Shown piece by piece: positions 1 to 7,234 of a DNA stretch of 64,000 nucleotides (position 1 is the first letter of the stretch; every line of letters begins with the position of its first letter). The position numbers and the translations under genes were made by a program. The notes beneath the pieces were generated by a model, which did no database searches, was not told the origin of the DNA, and saw only the letters and a list, made by a program, of their open reading frames with translations. Origin of the DNA: Lachnospiraceae bacterium (GTDB lineage Bacteria; Bacillota; Clostridia; Lachnospirales; Lachnospiraceae); NCBI GenBank assembly GCA_051879015.1, contig JBJELF010000040.1:2823-66822 (forward strand), read 5' to 3'.

Positions 1-275
1 TGCAGCAGATGATTGCAGCACAAAATTTCTAAGGATGGGCATAATACATTGAGAAATTCATTGTTTTGGGCGTCGCGCAGCAGCGCCTGCAGAGCAGGGC
101 GGTCGTGAAGAGAAAAACTGGGATTTACATCGGTGTAGATGGCATCGATGGGCATGGAATGGGCTCGGCAATATTGTACCAGCATACATTGCTGTTGGTA
201 AATTTCTTCCTTGATAGATTCCTGATTGACAGAACAGGAGTTCACTTGTGGACAGCAATACAGAACTGTGTGCAT
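1..275 (-). CDS. Partial CDS whose N-terminus is in the window and which runs off the left edge. It resembles a serine-recombinase/resolvase N-terminal domain but has degenerate catalytic motifs.
   Basis: ATG at 273-275 on the minus strand, preceded by GGAGGC (reverse complement of 281-286). My translation is MHTVLYCCPQVNSCSVNQESIKEEIYQQQCMLVQYCRAHSMPIDAIYTDVNPSFSLHDRPALQALLRDAQNNEFLNVLCPSLEIL. It follows the resolvase-domain layout (YCR.S ... Y.D.G.SG ... RP.L..LL.D ... LSRL.R), but the Ser and Arg positions are substituted. It is absent from the ORF track because it is open at the window edge. Confidence 0.4.
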   Translation of the reverse strand, partial: MHTVLYCCPQVNSCSVNQESIKEEIYQQQCMLVQYCRAHSMPIDAIYTDVNPSFSLHDRPALQALLRDAQNNEFLNVLCPSLEILCCNHLL

Positions 276-392
276 GGGCAGCCTCCTATTGACAAATATC
301 CTGATATTGGGCTCAAAAGGTATTTTGCTCCCATCTTATATATAGATATGTAAAAATGACAAAAGAGTGATTCAAAAAAAATGGAGGTTAAA

Positions 393-1010
393 ATGGAAAT
401 TTATATTATGCGTCATGGACAGACAGATTGGAATGTACTTCGTCGCCTGCAGGGAGGTTCCAATACCAGTTTAAATGAGGAGGGCAGACGTTTGGCGCGA
501 GTGACATCGGAAGCATTAAGAGATATCCCTTTTACAAGGGCTTATACCAGTCCTTTATGGAGGGCGAAAGAGACGGCCCAGATTATTTTGAGAGATCGTA
601 AAATTCCTCTGATTGAGGAGCCAAGATTGCGAGAGATTAGTTTTGGAATTTATGAAGGTTTGACATGCCAGTGGGATCAGAGTGAGATCCCTGACCCGGA
701 ATTTATGAATTTCTTTTATGCACCGGAAAAATATCATGCGCCGCAGGGAGGAGAAAGTTTAGAGAGTCTTTGTGCCCGTACTACGGAATTTTTAAATGAA
801 TTGGTACAAAATGCAGATTTGCAAGATGATACTATTTTACTGTCTTCTCATGGGGCAGCAGTGCGGGCACTGCTTTCCTCTGTCAATAAAGAGGGTTCTG
901 ATATGCATGATTTTTGGCATGGTGTAGTGCATAGAAATTGTGCGGTGACTCATCTGCATGCAGAAAATGGAATCATTCAGTTGCTGGAAGAGGGAAAAGT
1001 ATATTATTGA
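393..1010 (+). CDS. Histidine phosphatase family protein (phosphoglycerate mutase-like)
   Basis: N-terminal RHGQTDWN catalytic motif and a later SSHGAAVRAL His motif. Start re-picked at the ATG at 393, which follows GGAGG (384-388). Confidence 0.85.
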   Translation: MEIYIMRHGQTDWNVLRRLQGGSNTSLNEEGRRLARVTSEALRDIPFTRAYTSPLWRAKETAQIILRDRKIPLIEEPRLREISFGIYEGLTCQWDQSEIPDPEFMNFFYAPEKYHAPQGGESLESLCARTTEFLNELVQNADLQDDTILLSSHGAAVRALLSSVNKEGSDMHDFWHGVVHRNCAVTHLHAENGIIQLLEEGKVYY

Positions 1011-1143
1011 AATGATAATTCCTCTGTTTTGCTTGCCTTTCGAGTAGAAAACATGATATACTGAATTTATTATTAGACTGAAGATAGAGAAAAAGGCAGG
1101 GGTGTCTATCGAGACAGGGTAGGTCTAGTAAGAAAGGAGTTTT

Positions 1144-2886
1144 ATGAGAAAAACAAAAATTATTTGTACTATGGGACCAGCAACAGCGGATGATGCGGTA
1201 CTGCGTCAGCTGATGGTTGAAGGCATGAATGTGGCAAGAATCAACTTTTCTCATGGAGATCATGAGCAGCACAAAAATACTCTGAGTCGTATTTTCCGCT
1301 TGAGAGAAGAATTAAATTTGCCAATTGCTACATTGCTGGACACCAAGGGACCAGAAATCCGTACAGGAAACTTCCAGAAAGGTAAAGTGGAGCTGAAAAA
1401 GGGGCAACAGTTTATTTTGACGATTCGTGATGTGGAAGGTGACGAGAACATGGTCTCCATCACATATAAAAATTTATTAAATGATGTCAGAGAGGGTATG
1501 CGTATTTTGATTGATGATGGTCTGATTGAGATGGTAGTTACCTCTATTACTGACACCGACATTGTATGTAAGGTATTGAATGGTGGTTTTGTCTCTAACC
1601 ACAAGGGAATCAATGTACCAAACTGTAACTTGACTATGCCCTTCATCAGCGACAAGGATTATGACGATATTACCTTTGGTATCAAGGCTGGTTTTGATTT
1701 TATTGCAGCTTCGTTTGTCCGCACAGCCGAGGATATCTTGGAGATTCGCAAGATTTTAAATGAAAATGATGCTCATCATATTAAGATTATTGCTAAGATT
1801 GAGAATGCGCAGGGTGTAGAAAATATTGATGATATTATTCGCGTATCGGATGGTATTATGGTGGCTAGAGGTGACATGGGTGTAGAGATTCCTTTGGAGG
1901 AAGTGCCAGTTATCCAAAAAATGATTATCAGCAAAGTATACAATGCGGAGAAAGTAGTTATCACAGCAACTCAGATGTTGGATTCTATGATGAAAAATCC
2001 GCGTCCAACCAGAGCTGAGGCAACGGACGTAGCCAATGCCATCTATGATGGCACCAGCGCAATTATGCTTTCTGGTGAGACTGCAGCAGGCGCTTATCCA
2101 GTGGAAGCGCTGAGAACAATGGTTCGTATTGCAGAGCGCACGGAGGCTGATATCAACTATGTAGAGCGATTCCAGATGAGAGGAACTATGGTAAATCCAG
2201 ATATTACGAATGCAATCTCCCATGCAACTTGTATGACAGCGGTCGATTTAAATGCAGTTGCCATTGTTACGGTTACCATGTCTGGAAAGACTGCTCGAAT
2301 GATTTCTAAGTATCGTCCTGCTTGTCCAATTGTTGCCTGCAGTACGAAAGATTGGGCATGGAGACAGATGAATCTTTCTTGGGGAGTTATTCCATTAAAA
2401 GTGGATGAAAAGCAGACCACCGATGACTTATTTGACCATGCTGTAGAGCGTGCGATTGAAGCTGGTTTAGTCAGTCCAGGTGAGTTGGTTGTTATCACGG
2501 CTGGAGTACCTCTGGGTATGTCTGGTACTACCAACTTGATTAAAGTACATGTGGCCGGTCATATCCTGGCAAAAGGACATTGCATCAGCAACAGAACAGT
2601 ATGCGGAGCACTCTGCATTTGTCATGATGAGACTGATGTAAAGCGCTATTTTAAGAGAGGAGATATCTTAGTAGTGCCAAAAACTACCAATGGTATGATG
2701 GATCAGCTTCGAGAGGCAGCGGGTATCATTACCGAGGAGGATGGAGAAAATTCTCATGCTGCAATTGTTGGCTATAGTTTGAATATTCCAGTTCTTCTGG
2801 GCGCAAAGAATGCGACACGTATTTTGAAAGCGGGAGCTCTTGTGGAGATTAAGGGAGAACAGGGAACTGTTTGCAGCGCAGTTTAA
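1144..2886 (+). CDS. pyk: Pyruvate kinase with a C-terminal PEP-utilizer mobile domain
   Basis: MRKTKIICTMGPA, NFSHG, TKGPEIRTG and MVARGDMGVEIP motifs. The C-terminal roughly 100 aa contain NSHAAIVGYSLNIPVL (swivelling His domain). RBS AAAGGAG. Confidence 0.95.
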   Translation: MRKTKIICTMGPATADDAVLRQLMVEGMNVARINFSHGDHEQHKNTLSRIFRLREELNLPIATLLDTKGPEIRTGNFQKGKVELKKGQQFILTIRDVEGDENMVSITYKNLLNDVREGMRILIDDGLIEMVVTSITDTDIVCKVLNGGFVSNHKGINVPNCNLTMPFISDKDYDDITFGIKAGFDFIAASFVRTAEDILEIRKILNENDAHHIKIIAKIENAQGVENIDDIIRVSDGIMVARGDMGVEIPLEEVPVIQKMIISKVYNAEKVVITATQMLDSMMKNPRPTRAEATDVANAIYDGTSAIMLSGETAAGAYPVEALRTMVRIAERTEADINYVERFQMRGTMVNPDITNAISHATCMTAVDLNAVAIVTVTMSGKTARMISKYRPACPIVACSTKDWAWRQMNLSWGVIPLKVDEKQTTDDLFDHAVERAIEAGLVSPGELVVITAGVPLGMSGTTNLIKVHVAGHILAKGHCISNRTVCGALCICHDETDVKRYFKRGDILVVPKTTNGMMDQLREAAGIITEEDGENSHAAIVGYSLNIPVLLGAKNATRILKAGALVEIKGEQGTVCSAV

Positions 2887-2900
2887 TCTGTTGTATATAG

Positions 2901-2936
2901 AGCTCCTCCCACTGCCTTTGGGCAGTGGGAGGAGCT
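2901..2936 (+). terminator. Perfect 16-bp GC-rich hairpin between pyk and dnaE with no clear U-tract
   Basis: agctcctcccactgcc-tttg-ggcagtgggaggagct. It is followed by tatgag rather than a T run, so it may be a weak terminator or an RNA-stability element. Confidence 0.45.
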
Positions 2937-2959
2937 TATGAGAAAGGAAGGAGTATACT

Positions 2960-4612
2960 ATGTCATTTACTCACCTGCATGTGCATACCGAATACAGCTT
3001 GCTGGACGGCTCATGTAAAGTGAAGGAATTGGTACAGAGAGCCAAGGATTTGGGAATGGACAGTCTTGCCATCACAGATCATGGTGTTATGTACGGTGTA
3101 ATTGATTTTTATCACGCAGCCAAAGAAATTGGCATTAAGCCGATTATTGGCTGCGAAGTTTATGTAGCTCCAGGTTCTCGCTTTGACCGAGAAAAAAATG
3201 TCAATGGAGATGACCGATATTATCATCTGATTTTATTGGCAGAAAATGACTTGGGATATCACAATCTAATGAAGATTGTTTCTTACGGATTTACAGAAGG
3301 ATATTATTATCGTCCACGTGTCGATAAGGAAATTTTGAGAACCTATCATGAGGGCATTATCTGTTTGAGTGCCTGCCTGGCGGGCGAAGTACAGCGCTAT
3401 TTGGCTAGGGATCAGTATGAGGAGGCAAAGGAGAAAGCCCTTGAATATCAAGAAATTTTTGGAAAAGGAAATTATTTTCTGGAATTGCAGGACCATGGAA
3501 TTCCAATGCAGCGCACTGTCAATACCAGCTTGCTGCGTATGAGCCGAGAACTGCAGATTCCGTTGGTAGCCACCAATGATATTCATTATATCAATGCCAG
3601 TGATGCAGAAGCTCACGATGTTTTGCTCTGTATTCAAACCGGAAAAAAAGTCAGTGACGAAAATCGTATGCGTTACGAGGGCGGACAGTATTATCTTAAG
3701 TCGGAACAAGAGATGAGGGAGCTGTTTCCTTATGCTCAGCAAGCTTTAGATAACACTCACCGTATTGCAGAGCGCTGCAGCGTGGAGATTGAGTTTGGTG
3801 TACAGAAGCTTCCCAAATTTCATGTTCCAGAGGGGTATACGGCTTGGGAGTATCTCAATAAGCTCTGTGAGGAGGGAATGTATCAGCGTTATCCCGATGC
3901 AACGCCGAAATTGTGGGACAAACTTTACTATGAGTTAGACACTATCAAAAATATGGGATATGTGGATTATTTCCTGATTGTGTGGGATTTCATTCGTTTT
4001 GCCCGCAGTAAGGATATCATGGTAGGACCAGGGCGTGGCTCCGCAGCTGGCAGTATTGTTGCTTACACTTTGGGGATCACCAACATTGACCCAATTCGTT
4101 ATGATTTGATTTTTGAGCGATTTTTAAACCCAGAGCGTGTTTCCATGCCTGATATTGATGTGGATTTTTGTTTTGAGCGCCGTCAGGAGGTTATTGATTA
4201 TGTTATTGAAACTTATGGTAAGCGGCAGGTGGCTCAAATTGTGACTTTTGGTACCATGGCTGCTCGCGGTGTCATCCGTGATGTGGGGCGTGTGCTGGAT
4301 TATCCTTACGCGTATTGTGACAGCGTGTCAAAGATGATTCCTGCTGAACTCAATATTACTATTGAGAAAGCATTGAAGATGAATCCTGAGTTAAAGCAGC
4401 TTTACGATACCGATGAGCGTACCAAAAACCTGATTGATATGTCCCTTCGTTTGGAGGGATTGCCAAGGCACACTTCCATGCATGCAGCCGGTGTGGTGAT
4501 TAGTCAAAAGCAGGTCGAGGAGTATGTACCCTTGTCGAGAGGTTCTGACGGTTCGGTAGTTACTCAGTATGTTATGACCACATTAGAGGAGTTAGGTCTT
4601 CTTAAGATGGAT
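2960..4612 (+). CDS. dnaE: DNA polymerase III alpha subunit DnaE, exon 1 (PHP domain and first part of the palm; 551 codons)
   Basis: MSFTHLHVHTEYSLLDG PHP motif and the SMPDIDVDFCFERR palm aspartates. It ends ...EELGLLKMD. The listed ORF then reads 6 codons into the intron (VRIVR, stop at 4628-4630). Confidence 0.9.
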
Positions 4613-5669
4613 GTGCGAATTGTTCGCTAACGAAACACTCCAGAAATGGAAACAAGTTAGCGGAGCAAGGAAATGAAATATTTGAGTACAGTTGGTACAA
4701 AAGTGGCTAGAGCCGCCTGCTGGAAAAAATAAAGTAAGGAACTTGTTTAACTGTTTGTTTGATTAGAATAGTGAAATTCTATTTGTTGGGTAAAGGTCGA
4801 TACCCAATCCCCTAAGACTCCGTTATGCTGTTTGGTCTTAATGCCAAATGGTATAAAGCACGGTGAAGTCGGCTGAAAAGTGCCTAAATGGCTGAAATAT
4901 ATCAGTAGTATTGGTATAAAAGTGGCTAGAGCCCACCTGTATGAAAGTATAAAGTAAAAAGTATGGTGGCGAAGTAAATCGGGGGTCCTTAAGAGAAATC
5001 TTTAAAATATAATATGCCTACACATCAGGAACTACCGTATGAAAGGCTCGTAATTTAAGACCGAAACGAAAGTTTCGTTGTCCCAATTGGGATTTTAGTC
5101 GCAGTAATTTTATTGTCCATTGAGATTACTGTACTTAACCAGTAAGGGTTAAGTGTTCTTATTCCATTCGACTAACGGAAGAAAGAATGTCTAACGGGTT
5201 AAAGGTAGAGGCTAAGTTATAATAATAAAGGATAGAACAAACGGAACAATTGAACCCTAAAAGAAAATGTTAATGCTATTAAGAGCAGATGTTTCTAACA
5301 AGTAGGAAATGACTTGTGAATTTAGGGGGCAGCAGCCCATAGTAGCGATGAAGCGGAGTAATGTCCGTGGAGCGAAGGGGCATAGTCGTAGATTAGAATA
5401 TTGTAAGATAGGTTTAAGACTAAATCCTGCAATGGAGTCTGAAAAGGCATACCTTGAAGGAATAATCATTGAAATCTTAGGAATGGAAATCTACAATAAT
5501 GTAGAATAAGGGTATAATAATCAATTCTGACAATATTCGAAAATAGATTACCGAAGTCTATTCATCTACGCTGGAACGCCGTGTGCGGTGAAAGCCGCAC
5601 GCACGGTGTGAAGTGGGGGAAAACGACCCGTAACAGAAAATGCTGACGGTGTTCGTTACCTATCACTAT
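4613..5669 (+). mobile_element. ORF-less group II intron (dnaE intron 1, 1057 nt)
   Basis: 5' end is GTGCG. Domain V at 5576-5609 is ACGCCGUGU-GCGGU-GAAA-GCCGC-AC-GCACGGUGU (34 nt, GAAA tetraloop, 2-nt AC bulge). The domain VI basal stem pairs AGUGGGGG (5612-5619) with CCU-A-UCACU (5659-5667), with a bulged A at 5662, the 8th nt from the 3' end. The 3' end is UAU. There are stops in all frames and no ORF over 70 aa. Excision joins KMD to FLGLRTL. Confidence 0.8.
5576..5669 (+). ncRNA. Intron 1 catalytic domain V plus extended domain VI
   Basis: Read directly from the sequence as described for intron 1. The lower D5 helix begins A-CGC, so the triad is CGC rather than AGC. D6 spans about 58 nt, compared with the usual roughly 35 nt. 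Confidence 0.7.
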
Positions 5670-6270
5670 TTTTTGGGATTGCGTACACTGACGGTCATTC
5701 AAAATGCTGTGAAAAATGTAAAGAAAAATCGTGGTATTGACATTGATATCGACCATATTAATTTTGATGACAGGAAGGTCTTTGATTCTGTTGGTACAGG
5801 TAGATGTGAAGGTATTTTTCAATTAGAAAGTTCGGGCATGAAAAATTTCATGAAGGAATTAAGACCAGAAAATTTGGAAGATATCATAGCAGGTATTTCC
5901 CTGTATCGTCCAGGACCGATGGAGTTTATTCCAAAGTATTTAAAAGGGAAAAATGCCAAGGATTCGATTCAGTATGACTGTCCTCAGCTTGAGCCAATTT
6001 TGAAACCAACCTACGGGTGTATTATTTATCAAGAGCAGGTCATGCAAATTGTTCGTGATTTGGCGGGCTACACTCTTGGACGAAGCGATTTGGTGCGCCG
6101 TGCCATGTCCAAGAAAAAAACAAAAGTTATGGAACAGGAACGCAAAAACTTTGTATACGGAAACGAGGCAGAGGGAGTCAGAGGCTGTGTTGCCAATGGC
6201 ATTAGCGAGAAGACAGCCAATCAAATTTATGATGAAATGATTGATTTTGCAAAATATGCCTTTAATAAGT
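5670..6270 (+). CDS. dnaE: DNA polymerase III alpha subunit DnaE, exon 2 (601 nt)
   Basis: Begins FLGLRTLTVIQ and contains GIFQLESSGM, ISLYRPGPME, IIYQEQVMQI and LVRRAMSKKK. It ends ...DFAKYAFNK plus the first nt of the Ser codon. The ORF-track residues before F (MLTVFVTYHY) are intron sequence. Confidence 0.9.
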
Positions 6271-7234
6271 GTTCGACCCGTTCTAGCTTTAAATAAACAA
6301 AGAGCTAGCACTCTTTTAGGAGTAAGAAACTAAAAATAGGAGAACTAATAATCTGATTGAGTGGAATGATGGAGTAACGCCCTGAAACACTCTCCCTAAT
6401 ACTCCGACTGGCTACACAAGAGGAAACTCTAGTAGTTAGAAGTTCGGTGAAGTCGGCAGAAGTAAACCTAAACTGATTAAAAATCAAGAGTAACATTGGT
6501 ACAAAAGAGCCTAGAGGATGCCTGTGTGAAAAAAGATATAATAAAGGCATGGTTTATGATATGCCGGGGGTCTACAAAATACCTATGGTGAGAATGTCGT
6601 GGCATCTACACGGCTGACGAACCAGCGAATTTAAGAGTCTATATGAAGCTTATAGGGAAACCCATAAGGACGCAGATGCGTCGTTGGTGTGGATTAGTAA
6701 GAATTTTTGTTATGAAACTCCATACAGTGTTATAGGCACTGTCAAGCCAACAGGATCAGAGCTAGGCACCTAAGGGTATATATGTACAGATAAGATTATT
6801 GGTACGGGGAAAGGTATCAGGCTGAGTTAATCGGTAAGTGGACGAAGAATAATAAGCCACTGAACTGGTGCCGAAAAGTAGAGGTCGCACCTATGAAATT
6901 TCTGTAATGGAAATGGAGGAATGGCCTCAAGTCGGTATAAGAATAATAGGATATTTAAGCACCTATAAAAATGCCAGATGGGTTAATGATAAATCCATAG
7001 AAAGGAACACCACAAGGAGGAATTATTTCGCCAAAACGGAACAATTGCTTACAACCGTGTAACAAACAATTCAAAATAGGTGTTTTGTTAATCTCTATAC
7101 CAACATGGATGAACTAGCATAGTTGTGTTGGTTGAATTCTATATCGATGGAACGCCGGATGCGCTGAAAGGTGCATGTCCGGTGTGGACCGGGGGAAAAA
7201 CTGGAGATCACATCAAAGGTTTACCTATCGGTAT
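6271..7234 (+). mobile_element. ORF-less group II intron (dnaE intron 2, 964 nt), homologous to intron 1
   Basis: 5' end is GTTCG; a register shift of 1-2 nt would encode the same protein. Domain V at 7153-7186 is ACGCCGGAU-GCGCU-GAAA-GGUGC-AU-GUCCGGUGU. The domain VI basal stem pairs ACCGGGGG (7189-7196) with CCU-A-UCGGU (7224-7232), with a bulged A at 7227, the 8th nt from the 3' end. The 3' end is UAU. It shares CGGTGAAGTCGGC, TTGGTACAAAAG.G.CTAGAG, GGGGGTC and TTACCTATC blocks with intron 1. No ORF over 81 aa. Confidence 0.8.
7153..7234 (+). ncRNA. Intron 2 catalytic domain V plus extended domain VI
   Basis: Same architecture as in intron 1, including the flanking CTGGAACGCC / GATGGAACGCC context, the CGC triad and the GGGGGAAAA start of D6. 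Confidence 0.7.

Noticed and set aside
66-353. Plus-strand 95-aa ORF at the left edge
   Set aside because: It lies antisense to the better-supported minus-strand resolvase-like ORF, which has a strong RBS. It has no RBS and an odd composition.
1144-2886. The C-terminal extension of pyruvate kinase, considered as a novelty
   Set aside because: A PEP-utilizer-like swivel domain fused to pyruvate kinase is already well known in Bacillus, Geobacillus and many Firmicutes.
5257-5509. ORFs of 66-70 aa inside intron 1 (5257-5469 minus, 5309-5509 plus), considered as a possible intron-encoded protein
   Set aside because: They are far too short for an RT/maturase of 400 aa or more. They have no YADD or other RT motifs and no RBS, and they overlap each other on opposite strands. 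They were treated as chance ORFs.
4613-5669. Assigning EBS1/IBS1 pairings by eye (for example UCCAU at about 5128 and 5166 pairing with exon AUGGA; CUUAU in intron 2 pairing with exon AUAAG)
   Set aside because: A 5-nt complement is expected by chance in 1 kb. The candidates would leave exon position -1 unpaired. This is not reported as evidence.
6305-7062. ORFs inside intron 2 (6305-6550 minus, 81 aa; 6868-7062 plus, 64 aa), considered as a possible maturase or homing endonuclease
   Set aside because: They are short and low-complexity, with no LAGLIDADG, HNH, GIY-YIG or RT motifs visible and no RBS.
4613-7234. Alternative explanations for the dnaE interruptions: inteins, group I introns, IS elements, or frameshifted pseudogene decay
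   Set aside because: Inteins require a continuous in-frame ORF, and here there are stops in all frames. Group I introns lack the 34-nt GAAA-capped domain V and bulged-A domain VI seen in both spacers. There are no transposase ORFs, terminal inverted repeats or target duplications. Random decay would not leave boundaries that restore KMD|FLGL and FNK|SHAAAY to the exact residue. Pseudogene status cannot be fully excluded without the rest of the genome.
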